64,000 bases of DNA from Eledone cirrhosa (Eukaryota), in NCBI GenBank assembly GCA_964016885.1, contig OZ024754.1:33852001-33916000 (forward strand), written 5' to 3'. A program made the translations under genes and the position numbers. The notes below the pieces were generated by a model. The model did not search any database and was not told where the DNA came from. It was given only the letters and a program-made list of their open reading frames with translations. Positions 1 through 10,644 of the stretch are shown piece after piece; positions within the stretch are counted from its first letter, which is position 1; each line of letters opens with the position of its first letter.

Positions 1-809
1 TTACTAGGAGACAAAAGTTGAGATACTGCAAGAACACACATGCCTTTTGTTTCCTATTACTAGGGAACAACAGATGAGATAATGCAAGAACACGCATGCC
101 TTTTGTTTCCTATTACTAGGGGACAAAAGATGAGATACTGCAAGAACACACATGCCTTTTGTTTCCTATTACTAGGGGACAAAAGTTGAGATAATGCAAG
201 AACACACATGCCTTTTGTTTCCTATTACTAGGAGACAAAAGTTGAGATACTGCAAGAACACATGCCTTTTGTTTCCTATTACTAGGAGACAAAAGTTGAG
301 ATACTGCAAGAACACGCATGCCTTTTGTTTCCTATTACTAGGAGACAAAAGTTGAGATACTGCAAGAACACACATGCCTTTTGTTTCCTATTACTAGGGA
401 ACAACAGATGAGATAATGCAAGAACACGCATGCCTTTTGTTTCCTATTACTAGGAGACAAAAGTTGAGATACTGCAAGAACACACATGCCTTTTGTTTCC
501 TATTACTAGGGGACAACAGATGAGATAATGCAAGAACACACATGCCTTTTGTTTCCTATTACTAGGGAACAACAGATGAGATAATGCAAGAACACGCATG
601 CCTTTTGTTTCCTATTACTAGGGGACAAAAGTTGAGATAATGCAAGAACACACATGCCTTTTGTTTCCTATTACTAGGGAACAACAGATGAGATAATGCA
701 AGAACACACATGCCTTTTGTTTCCTATTACTAGGGGACAAAAGTTGAGATAATGCAAGAACACACATGCCTTTTGTTTCCTATTACCAGGGGACAAAAGT
801 TGAGATACT
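1..809. repeat. 56-bp tandem repeat (~14.5 copies, runs off window start); each unit self-complementary
   Basis: Unit TTACTAGGAGACAAAAGTTGAGATACTGCAAGAACACACATGCCTTTTGTTTCCTA restarts at 1, 57, 113...; TAGGAGACAAAAG pairs with CTTTTGTTTCCTA. Confidence 0.95.
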
Positions 810-1899
810 AGGAGTGTCCCACTGGACAACTGAGGATAGTATAGTTTTGGTTTATTTTTTATCAGGTAAACTGCATTTCATAATGTGAGATATTAAAAAC
901 TATAAATATTTGTTTCCCTTTCACTATGTAGGGATTTTAGTCCATATTCCCCTGTTGATATGTGGTAAAGAGATAAAGTGATGTCCGTGCATCTTGCTAC
1001 AATTAATTTTCTTTTTCTAATAAATCATTTGGAATTTACATACACAGATCAATCAGGTACCCTTGATTTTCATTTTAATGTTTGGTACGGATATGCGATG
1101 TGCATGGATGATGATTGCTGGGTGAAAAAGTACCAGGAAATCCCAGTAAAAGGAAGCTACAGTAGAGGTAGACCAAGACCTGAGCAGAGGTGATGAGAGC
1201 TGACCTCAAAGATGATGATGATATTATGTATGGCGATTATTGCCTGAGTGAAACATCTGTGAATGTCTTGTAAAAGATTTATAAATGGCTTGTGACCCAG
1301 ATTTAGAAAGGATTTCTCTTCAGCAGATCAAAAAAAATCGACAGTAAAATTGTAGGGGGGGGGGGCATATATATACATCATCTAAACAATGTGCTGACTA
1401 ACTACCTGGGCTTATAAATGGGGTTTTGATTTTAGCCCATTTCTCAGACATAAAATAAGAGGATCAACTTATATTCGAGTATATACGTTATATAAAATTT
1501 TAGTATTGCTTTGATGAGGACTGATAATAAAATGTAAATGAAAGGTATCTGAATGATCTAATCGTTTTTGTGTCCACTTTTTTCCATGATCGCATGGGTT
1601 AGAGGTGATGTTAAGAGACAATGTTTTACAGCTGGATGTCCATCCTGATGCCAACTCTTTTAGTCGCCTCTTATAACACTCGGTGATACCAATATGACTG
1701 TTCTAAAAACTGGGACACACGGCTCTAAATTATCTATTTGGAAAAGAAAAGAAAAGGAAATATATCAATCTGGCTGGACATCACTATCTTTTTCTAGGAA
1801 TCTGCAAGAAAGCAATCTACTTTTAATAAAAGAATGCCAGTTATCTCAGAACATCAACATAGGTTATCAACTATGTCAATATAATTTACACTTCTTCAC

Positions 1900-2130
1900 C
1901 CACTTATTCCTGAGAGGCTCGTGGGGCAGAGTCCTCAAACACTCCTTCCAGCAGGTCCAATCAGCAGCAACCATCTCCAGCTGATCCAGCTGGATCCCCT
2001 AGTGAGACCAGTCGAGCTCATGGGTGTTATCCAACCATCTTGCTCGGGGTCTACCCCTGGGTCTCTTGCCGGTTGGTTTTGCCTGTAAAATCTGTCCAGC
2101 AATTCTTTCCTGAGACATTCTCACCACATG
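1900..2130 (-). mobile_element. Degenerate non-LTR retrotransposon (RTE-like) 3' fragment
   Basis: Minus strand translates to RMSQERIAGQILQAKPTGKRPRGRPRARWLDN, a typical RT C-terminal GRP motif; related copy on plus at ~41200-41460. Confidence 0.55.
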
Positions 2131-2180
2131 CTCATAGTAAATAATTTACATAAAGGTGTAAAGTTGTGCTTTACATTTGT

Positions 2181-2900
2181 TAATAATAATAATAATAATG
2201 ATTTCTTTATTAACCACAAAGGGTTTACATCAAGAAAAACATTATGACAGCACAGAGCGAAAACAGTATGTATGTATGTGTGGGGGTTATGCAAGTAAAC
2301 AAATTTTAACAATGTTAAAAAAAAGTAAGATAACAAAATTAAAATAAAGCAAGTTCTTCAACAGGAAGGCGACTCATGGGAAAAAAACCCATAAAACCAC
2401 GGGTACCCTGTCCCAGTTGTACTCCTCTAATCTACAGGCTCACACTTAGAGCAGGCCCATACATTCGGGCCATGCTTGCTTCTCTCACCCACCTTTCAAC
2501 ATCAAAAGAGTGGTTAATTGATTTTCGTCAGTGTCTAGTTTCCCCAAGAACTTTGTCGCTTCCATCCGCCACTAACCCTCTATAAAATGCCAAGGTGGAG
2601 TTTTCATAGATCATATTGCCCGATTGGTGCAAGGCTGTAAGCGCCTGAAAACATTCCAGTTTCCAAGTGCTCCTCCTCGGTCGCCGCTTGGCCCTGGACT
2701 GCAACTCCATTAAGGATACGAGCTGAGGGAAATATGCATCTGGTGAACGACGACCACACCTGTTTACCATTAAGGAAAAGATAGAGATATCATAGCCTCA
2801 GTGCATCATCAACCACAGCATTCCCAGACCTCCGTGCAGCAGATCGCCTGACCATTGGAACAGGTCCCTTCCACAGGAAGCGGAAGAGCTTCTTAATAAT
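2181..2900 (-). mobile_element. Possible degenerate LINE 3' end (L1/Tx1-like)
   Basis: GC-richer coding-like segment ending on minus in AATAAA followed by a (TTA)n tail at 2181-2211; family assignment is weak. Confidence 0.3.
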
Positions 2901-3001
2901 ATGTGTGTGTATGTAGCAATATTCGTAGATGTGAAAAGGAAAAAGGAAAACAGTGCTCAATTGGGAAAAGAGCAGAAATATTATATTATTTATTAAGTAT
3001 G

Positions 3002-3170
3002 GGTAGAGGGTCGGACGCCATGCTTTCCAGCATAGTTACGTCCCTTTACGATCTGAGTTCAAATCCCGCCGAGGTTGACTTTGCCTTTCATCCTAACGGG
3101 GTCGATAAAATAAAGTACCAGTAATGCACTGGGTAATTGCTGGCCTTGTGACTAACGTAGAAACAATTAT
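3002..3170 (+). mobile_element. tRNA-derived SINE, 5'-truncated copy (family A)
   Basis: B-box GAGTTCAAATCC plus core GTTGACTTTGCCTTTCATCC..GGGGTCGATAAAATAAAGTACCAGT shared with >10 copies in the window. Confidence 0.85.
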
Positions 3171-3302
3171 TTATTAATGTTCATATACAGAACAAAAGCA
3201 CAACCCAAGGTTTCAAGGCATCAAAATTGTGACCCGTCTTTTTGGCAGTAAAAAAAGTATTTGTTGTAATAACAAGAAAATGATGTTTGTAGCAATAGAT
3301 GT

Positions 3303-3645
3303 ATCATCATCATCATCATCACCATTTTACATCCATTCTTCCACGCTAGCATGGGTTAGATAGGTTGTCCTGTTGTGGATAGTGTCTGGTCAGCTGACCA
3401 TGTCTTGCTCATAAGGGAACTGATTTTGGCTCGATTTCTACAGCTGGATGTCCTTCCTAACACCAACCTCATTTACAGTGAGTGTTGGGTGCTTTTTTTC
3501 TGTGGCGCCTCCACGTCCACTTTTTGCCAAGGCACCTCCACGTCCACTTTGAAGTGGGAGGGGGTGGGGGCATATTGTCAATATGTTTCAGCCTTGGCTT
3601 GTACCTGTGGGAAGTCGGGTCTTCTGTATTACTGCGTGACACCAG
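3303..3645 (-). mobile_element. RTE LINE 3' UTR fragment with (GAT)n tail
   Basis: Near-identical to the reverse complement of 63385-63732 and 44935-45272. Confidence 0.8.
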
Positions 3646-4284
3646 TTATTATTTGGTTGTAGCCACGAAAGCAGATGAATTGTTAACATAGTTGTAGGCA
3701 AGTGAGTGGGTGAAGATTAAAATCTCAGTAGGTCGAGATTTGCTATGTCCTATTTAAGGGAAGGAAAACTGTACTCACTTGCCGTGGTGAACTGACGTGA
3801 TATTTTTAGTGTGTGGCAGAAATATCAGAAGGCTTTATAAACATTTTTACAAAAAGGTTTATTTACAAGATTACAATAAATTGTTGCCAGCATGTTGCAA
3901 TGAGTAAATGAACAAAAGTTAAGTGTTGGAAGAAAGAAATTGGTCCCTCGCCGATAAGGGCCAAGGTTTCATTTTTTACCATTACATCTTGCTAGTTACA
4001 TCTTAGACACGAGAAAGTAAAAGAGTCTTGACTTGACGAAGTGAAAGCAGCAACTGGAGTGAAGTCAAAAGAAGCGCACATTTCTTCTAGCGGAAGTTGT
4101 ATATTCATGTGCAACTTCCACGATTGGTCAACCAGCGACCAATTCGCACATGAAAGATTGTTGTTGCGAGCTTCGAAGTAATGCTGCTACATCTTCAGGC
4201 GCATAGACGAGTTTATATATATATATATACAAGTTTATCCCGGGTTCAATTGGGGGTAACCACAGTAATATTACTTAGACAGTC

Positions 4285-4335
4285 GGCTTCCTGATGATTT
4301 CTCCCGAATGAAACAGTTCTAGTCATGTAGAAGCC
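4285..4335 (+). ncRNA. Type I hammerhead ribozyme fold (Penelope/retrozyme-like)
   Basis: Stem I GGCUUC/GAAGCC, core CUGAUGA (4291-4297), short stem II UUC/GAA, GAAA (4310-4313), stem III ACA/UGU, cleavage triplet GUA; degenerate second copy at ~61637-61690. Confidence 0.6.
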
Positions 4336-4487
4336 ATTTCTATATTAAATATTTATATATATATATATGAAAAGATTCAGGACCCCGATGCTTGAGTTCC
4401 GGCCGTTTCGATACCCCAAGTATCGAGTACTCTGGTGCGCTATGGTCCACCTGGTATCTTACCACACCTTCTTTGTTATATATATAT

Positions 4488-4858
4488 ATCTATCTATCTA
4501 AGGCGGGTAAAATTCCCGAGATCCATGGACGAGTTCTCTCCAGCGGTCTCTGTCCCTCATTATCGCTGCCATGTCCTGCGTCTCCAACAGACCAGTGTCT
4601 GTCCTTAGGGCATCAACATATGTTAACCTTGGTCTTCCTCTTCTAGTGTGTCCATGTAGGGGCTCCCAAAGGAGCACTGAGTGCAATGTCAACTCTGGAT
4701 GTCGGTGAGCATGTCAGAGCATGGCTCTGAACATTAATCAGTATACACTGAGAATGAAAAACTCAGAGCTGTATGGGAGCATCCCAAAAGTCAGCTCAAA
4801 AGTGACACAGAGGAGACTGAGGTTAGCTGGACATGCTCACCGACATCCAGAGTTGACA
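4488..4858 (-). mobile_element. 5'-inverted LINE (RTE-like) insertion in a (TA)n tract
   Basis: Minus part 4488-4715 encodes LLWEPLHGHTRRGRPRLTYVD..DRDRWRELV then a (TAGA)n tail; plus part 4716-4858 encodes the upstream RRLRLAGHAHRHPEL; 29-bp overlap present as an inverted repeat. Confidence 0.75.
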
Positions 4859-5053
4859 TATATATATCATCATCATCATCAACGTTTAACGTCCGTGTTC
4901 CACGCTCGCATGGGTTTGGACGGGGGTAGTCCCACTTGAGGCAAGAGTGATTGTCTTGCTCGCATATATATATATAATTGCTGTTGGATGCTTAAAGCGT
5001 CCGTATGCGGTAGGCCGTTTGAACACTCGATGCTCTCACAGAGCAGAGTATGA

Positions 5054-5207
5054 TATCACAAAAAAAAAAAAAGAATCACCTTACGATTTCAGAGTCAGGT
5101 TCGATCATCACATCGATCGTGTCTCGAGCTGGTCGCCAGAGAAACGATTGTAATATGTCCAATAAATTCCATTCGTCACAACACTGATTCTCTTTTTTTT
5201 TGTGATA
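5054..5207. mobile_element. Small MITE-like element with terminal inverted repeats
   Basis: TATCACAAAA(A)nGAATCA ... TGATTCTC(T)nGTGATA. Confidence 0.4.
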
Positions 5208-5252
5208 TATCATCATCATTTTACGTCCGCTTTTCCCTGCTTGCAAGGGTGG

Positions 5253-5302
<50 letters not shown>

Positions 5303-5638
5303 TGTTGACTTCTTGCTTACATTAATTTCTCTATTTCCATTTATATATTTATACTCGGAATTTTTCCTTGAGTGCTTAAAATTATTTGTGACTAATCCCG
5401 GTTTTTTTTTTTTTAACCGCGATAATATTGATTTATGCTGAACTCCATATCTTTTGTTGATTTTTTTTCGGAATGTTTTGACTGCTGTTTCTTGTAAACG
5501 GACATTCGTCTCATTCTGACGTCACTAGCCCTGTCTCCATGTGTGTTTATTAATTCAATTCCACACGAGGTTTGACTAGCCTGCTTTTAAATTCCCCTTT
5601 GGCATATTTTAGCTGTGGAGCTTAGTTAACGTTGTTGA

Positions 5639-5719
5639 GCACTACTGAGGAACGACTCCAACCGTGACTAACCCCACTGAAAAGTTTCGTGAAATAGTCT
5701 TTTTAAGACTATATAGTGC
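5639..5719 (+). ncRNA. Type I hammerhead ribozyme
   Basis: Stem I GCACUA/UAGUGC, core CUGAGGA (5645-5651), stem II ACGA/UCGU, GAAA (5691-5694), stem III AUAGUCUU/AAGACUAU, cleavage triplet AUA (5711-5713). All three helices pair perfectly. Confidence 0.85.
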
Positions 5720-5963
5720 ATTTGTAGATTTTTCCAAATTGACGGATAAGTATTTACTCTTAATTTTATTTTGAGTTAAGATTCTATTGGTTTTTCCCCG
5801 GATTACACAAAATCTGTGGATAAAATTTCTGGTCTTGACTTGTTTTGAATTGGGATTAAATTATTTTCCCATATCTTACGTTAAATATTTTTCATCTTGA
5901 CGTAATAGTCACTTATATGTCTGAATTACTGTTGGCTTCTTGCTTACATTAATTTCTCTATTT

Positions 5964-6149
5964 GAGGGCGGTGGATTGGCAGTATCGGTAGAGGGTCGGA
6001 CGCCATGCTTTCCAGCATAGTTACGTCCCTTTACCATCTGAGTTCAAATCCCGCCGAGGTTGACTTTGCCTTTCATCCTTACGGGGTCGATAAAATAAAG
6101 TACCAGTAATGCACTGGTAATTGCTGGCCTTGTGCCTAAAGTAGAAACA
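5964..6149 (+). mobile_element. Full-length tRNA-derived SINE (family A) with 16-bp TSD
   Basis: A-box TGGCAGTATCGG, B-box GAGTTCAAATCC; TSD ATTAATTTCTCTATTT at 5948-5963 and 6150-6165. Confidence 0.9.
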
Positions 6150-6167
6150 ATTAATTTCTCTATTTTC

Positions 6168-6210
<43 letters not shown>

Positions 6211-6214
<4 letters not shown>

Positions 6215-6354
6215 ATATGACTTTTAACGGTCTGAAAAATTAAAGTAAATTTATTTTCATTTTCGAACGTCGTGTTTACATTTTGTGTGTGTGTTTAGAT
6301 CTAAATTAGTTACTGAGATTAAAGACAAAATCAGAGCCTCTGTCGTTTTAACTG

Positions 6355-6398
<44 letters not shown>

Positions 6399-6843
6399 TA
6401 TATGTGTGTGTGTGTAGTTGACAGTTAAGAGAAGAGTACTCAATACCGAAGTAATCTTGTAATGAGGCTTGCAGATGGTGAGTCCGCCATCCTGGACGCT
6501 GCTGCTTTGTAGAAGTCCCAAATCGAAGCCGTGACACTCTCGTCTCCATCATTCAGCAGGGATTTTGCCAGGCAGCCGCATCATCTCCTATGGTTGGGCT
6601 TCCTATTCGGAAATTGAGGAAATTGAAGGTGGGATTTACGTTCATGATGTTGTGGTGCACGAACGGAACTTTGTAGATCCTGCGGACCCTGATGTGCACA
6701 CACAGCTCATAGAGAACACATGGAGCCGTGCAAAGAAGAAGCTTCGTCGCCAGCATGTTTCGTTTAAACACAAAATGTAAACACGACGTTCGAAAATGAA
6801 AATAAATTTACTTTCATTATTGCGACCTAAAAGTCATGTATGC
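6211..6843 (+). mobile_element. Merlin/IS1595(ISXO2)-like DNA transposon deletion derivative
   Basis: Perfect 47-bp inverted repeat 6242-6288/6768-6814 plus outer IR GCATATATGACTTTTA; frameshifted transposase remnant CFVEVPNRSRDTLVSII/LPGSRIISYGWASY..VVHERNFVDP..VHTQLIENTW. Confidence 0.85.
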
Positions 6844-7951
6844 TAATATATATATATATATAACGATAATTAGTTATCCTCTATTCCTCGACCGAATGGA
6901 GGGAAAGGTTTATTTTACATTTATATAAAAATAAAGCAAGATTTTTTTCACAAAAACAAACATCACGAATAAAATAGCAAAACAAGGAATAAGAAGTAAA
7001 CAGGGGAGGCAACTCATTGGTATCTATTTTATTTAGTGAATGTGTGAAAAATAATTATAATAAACACATGCTCATGTCATGGAATAAATGTACATGATTG
7101 TTTCTATTGAATAATAATAGAAATAAAATGGAAAGTTTTCTTGGAGTAAGAAACCTAAAAATGAAAGTTCTGCTGAAGGCAATATGTTCGGTGATTGTAT
7201 TAGATCTTTACAGTTACTGTCTTACAATTGGATTGTTTATATAATGGATATAAAAGGGTTTATTATTCACTGTTATATAAATAACATTACAAATAAAAAA
7301 GAAGTTATAGAATGATGGAAAGATAAAAACAAAATTACTTAATGAGTAAAAGGGAGAAGGGGTAAAGAAGGGCAGATCTGGCTGTATGGGAAAGGATAAA
7401 GACAGCAATTGTGGTTGTGGCAAGGCAAAAAGTGTGACACCATTTCTACTCCTTTTTAACGAATACATATACTTGTTCATTTACTCATCATAGGCGCAGG
7501 TATGGTTGTGTGGTTAAGGAGCTCGCTTGTGGTTTTAGTTTTGGTCCCACTGTCAGGTACTTTCGGAAAATGTCTTTGAGTTAACCACTGCCTCGTGCAT
7601 GAAATTTGGTAGACGTAAATTGCGAGGAAGCCCGTTAATATATATATATATATATCCGTGTTTTATTGGCAGACGTGAGAATAAGTACTCAATCCTGTGA
7701 GTGCGCAGGTGAAACTCCAGAGTAACAAGGCTCATCACTTAGCCATAATCTAGATACGTGTGTATGTTTACAGTTTGTTTATAGCGGTTCGACAAATAGA
7801 GATCGATAAAAAAAAGTACTAGACTTGAAAAAATATGCAACTAGGGTCAATATGATCAACTAAATTTCTTCAAGCCGGTGTCCCAGTGTGGCCGCAGTCT
7901 TATGACTAAAGCCAATAAAAAAAAAATAATTAAGACAAGAAAAGTTCAGTC

Positions 7952-9244
7952 CTAGTATAGATAAGGAATAATTCGATACTTCACTGTACTGCAATATTTT
8001 TTCCAACTATTTCCATATTTCTTTTCACATGCAGCCGAATCTCGTCTCTCCCGGTGGATTAATAAGATGGTCATATAAATCGGATAAAAATAAGGAATGA
8101 TGCTTCCGAAGCCACAAGTCAAAGACCAGCAAACAGCCATTATAATATCTCCGAAATAATTAGGTTTCCGACACATGCCCCACCATCCAGACACTAGCAA
8201 TCGACGGTTGCATGCAGTAGGGATACTTTGTAAATTTGCTACCGACGGATGTTTGGGATCACGTCTAAATTTATTTTTTTGGGAATTAGATGAACGAAAA
8301 ATAAAGTAACCAACAAAATTTATAATACATAAAGTAATCAAAATATACCACGGTGGGCTGTATGACTGGGTCATAAGGTATTTACCCTGTAGCGGATACA
8401 AAAATGGTACCCAGACAAGGTCGCCAAAACACAACATAAAACCGAATCCATCATGAGTCAAGTCCATAGTAGTTAATATAGCATCTTCAAACCACAATGC
8501 ATCTAGTACGTAGATACTCTGGAAGATGGTCACAAGTAAGAGAGAAGGTGATGGACCAAAATTATCTAATAAAGATTTTACAACAAAACTAAGATTTATA
8601 ATAACCCAACCGATCAATCCTGGGCGCATTTCACAGAAAAACTTCAGATCGAAAGAACCTATCCTTGGATTCAGTTCACGTCCGATGAAAAAATCGTAAA
8701 AAAGATTGCCAGAGTTTCCTCCTGGGGCAAGTTTCGAAGGTGTTACTTTCAAAGATTTTATGTAAAGTAAAATACTTGAAATGTAGCTAAATATTAAAGC
8801 ACATATCATCAATTGAAAAAACTTGTCATAAATAATGCTTACTGGAAAACCCATGTGGACAGCAGCTAAAAAAACAATTATAGATATTAATAAACACAGG
8901 AATCCGTTACATCTATACTGGAGACGTGTACCGTCTTTTAGGGGGACACCTAAGTGTAATTTTCCAATAGGTAGTAGAGCCAATAAAGATTGTAAAATCA
9001 TCCAGAGTAAAAACATCGATATCCCGGTCCAATCGATAAAATATGTCCACCAATTATAAATGAAAGGTAATTGACCGAATGTACATGTTTGTTCATTACA
9101 CATAAGATTCATGACAATAACAATACATGGTAAAGCTATGATGTTCATTGCAGTTCCAAACACACCACCAAATTCTAAATCAGTTGTTTTTTCAATTTTG
9201 TTGGAACCTTTTTTATTTAGGCGGTTGTTTCGGTAAGTTTCCAT
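7952..9244 (-). CDS. TM7SF2: Delta(14)-sterol reductase (ERG24/TM7SF2/LBR sterol-reductase domain), single exon, 430 aa
   Basis: Intact ORF with motifs LEFGG, GN.FYDFFIGRELNPR..FDLKFFCEMRPG, TTMDLTHDGFGFMLCFGDLVWVPF, LLVSGWWG..R.PNYFGD, KYRIIPYLY; no N-terminal Tudor domain. TM7SF2 versus LBR orthology is not resolvable by eye. Confidence 0.93.
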   Translation of the reverse strand: METYRNNRLNKKGSNKIEKTTDLEFGGVFGTAMNIIALPCIVIVMNLMCNEQTCTFGQLPFIYNWWTYFIDWTGISMFLLWMILQSLLALLPIGKLHLGVPLKDGTRLQYRCNGFLCLLISIIVFLAAVHMGFPVSIIYDKFFQLMICALIFSYISSILLYIKSLKVTPSKLAPGGNSGNLFYDFFIGRELNPRIGSFDLKFFCEMRPGLIGWVIINLSFVVKSLLDNFGPSPSLLLVTIFQSIYVLDALWFEDAILTTMDLTHDGFGFMLCFGDLVWVPFLYPLQGKYLMTQSYSPPWYILITLCIINFVGYFIFRSSNSQKNKFRRDPKHPSVANLQSIPTACNRRLLVSGWWGMCRKPNYFGDIIMAVCWSLTCGFGSIIPYFYPIYMTILLIHRERRDSAACEKKYGNSWKKYCSTVKYRIIPYLY

Positions 9245-9582
9245 GGTGCTTTCTTCTTATTATTATTATAAAATTGTTATAAAATTATTTTCTTTTAAGA
9301 TAAAAACAAAAAGGTTGGATATTGAATGAAGTGCTCGCAAATTACCAAGACTTCCGCTATAAATTGTTTTGCTAGGAAACAAACCTGGAACTTCCTGTGA
9401 ACACGTGGCTAGTTATCTGGCCAATCAGATATCAGCTAGACGGAAGGAAATTCGAAGATGGTCGTAAATGTTTGTCGTCTGCGGAGATGATGGTTAAACT
9501 ATTGTATCAACTAATTATTTAACTTCTTGTGAGATCGATTCACGATATTTGTCGCGTATTCTAAAGAAAAACATTAATCAAT
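9245..9582. promoter_or_regulatory. Bidirectional promoter between sterol reductase and PPP2R3C
   Basis: 338 bp between divergent ATGs; CpG-enriched; ETS-like CTTCCG/CGGAAG (9351, 9441), E-box CACGTG (9402), CCAAT (9421), YY1-like AAGATGG (9455). Confidence 0.7.
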
Positions 9583-9661
9583 ATGACGCTGATAGACCAA
9601 GGGATAAGAAATGGGGAAATTTTTCGCCGAAAATTGAAGAGATGTCTTGAAATAAACACAG
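9583..9661 (+). CDS. PPP2R3C: PP2A regulatory subunit B'' gamma, exon 1
   Basis: MTLIDQGIRNGEIFRRKLKRCLEINT, G|GTAAAA donor, phase 1 matches exon 2; poorly conserved N-terminus. Confidence 0.65.
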
Positions 9662-9988
9662 GTAAAACTTCCGTTGAACTTAGTAATTACGACAACTATC
9701 TTTTTTTTGTAAATAAAATCCGTTATGTTTACCATTGATCAATCAAATAATTATAATAATAATCATCGTTATTATTATACCATTAAGAAGCCTATAGTAA
9801 CAAATGCTTTACTTTAATGTTTCACTGTTTTTTTTGTTTCTTTTTTTGTGCATGTCGCCTTAACGGCCTTAGATACCGTTAAACTAACAACCAGGATACT
9901 CACACACACACATCTATCTCTCTCTCTATATATATATATACACACATTGATATTTAATAAATGGAAACTATATTTATAAAACCATATT

Positions 9989-10049
9989 TATTCTATTATA
10001 TATATTTCAAGGATACCAAAATTTTGGTACGCTATCATCAGATAAAATA
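9989..10049 (-). ncRNA. Minimal type I hammerhead ribozyme (antisense copy)
   Basis: Minus strand UAUUUUAU CUGAUGA UAGCGUACCAAAAUUUUGGUAUCCUU GAAA UAUAUA UA AUAGAAUA. Confidence 0.7.
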
Positions 10050-10201
10050 CAAAATGTTTTATAAATTTTTGACATAACCAAGGATAATATACCTTAATGG
10101 TTGAAGTTATCCCTGGTTCAGTTATCAAGTTATTCCAGGGATAACTTGAACCGTTAAGGTATATTATCCTTGGTTATGTCAAATATTTATAAAACATTTT
10201 G

Positions 10202-10262
10202 TATTTTATCTGATGATAGCGTACCAAAATGTTGGTACCCTTGAAATATATATAATAGAATA
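10202..10262 (+). ncRNA. Minimal type I hammerhead ribozyme (sense to PPP2R3C intron 1), Penelope-type palindromic stem III
   Basis: Stem I UAUUUUAU/AUAGAAUA, CUGAUGA 10210-10216, stem II AG.GUACCAA/UUGGUAC.CU, GAAA 10243-10246, palindromic AUAUAUAU stem III, triplet AUA. Confidence 0.72.
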
Positions 10263-10397
10263 AATATGATTTTATAAATATAGTTTCCATTTATTTAATA
10301 TCAATTTGTATTATACTCCAGAAAACTGATGAGTGCTCTAAATTAGTTATAAACATTTATATTTGTTGAATTACCAACAAATTAAATATCCCTTCTG

Positions 10398-10449
<52 letters not shown>

Positions 10450-10578
10450 GAGGTTATATTTAATTTGTTGGGATTCAACAAGCTTAAAATTTTTTATAAC
10501 TGTTATAAAGCACTCAACAGTTGTGGAGTAAATACACAATATATTAATAAATGGAAACTATATTTATAAAACCATATT

Positions 10579-10644
10579 TATTGTATTATATATATTTCAA
10601 GGGCCACCAGGACAAATTATGGTGCGCTTTCATCAGATGAAATA
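10579..10644 (-). ncRNA. Diverged third hammerhead copy
   Basis: Minus strand CUGAUGA AAGCGCACCA..UGGUGGCCCUU GAAA UAUAUAUA; stem II sequence changed yet still paired, stem I weakened. Confidence 0.5.

Larger units (their letters stand above)
9946..10305. repeat. 360-bp near-perfect palindrome (171-bp arms, 18-nt loop), with a third inverted copy at ~10540-10676
   Basis: Arms 9946-10116 and 10135-10305 are reverse complements with about 7 mismatches. Confidence 0.92.

Noticed and set aside
3658-4191. Solo LTR (TGTAGC...GCTACA termini)
   Set aside because: No target-site duplication, and the right end overlaps a Penelope-like hammerhead remnant; identity unresolved.
5964-6060. tRNA genes at SINE heads
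   Set aside because: A and B boxes are present but there is no cloverleaf; multi-copy with shared core and tail, so these are SINEs.
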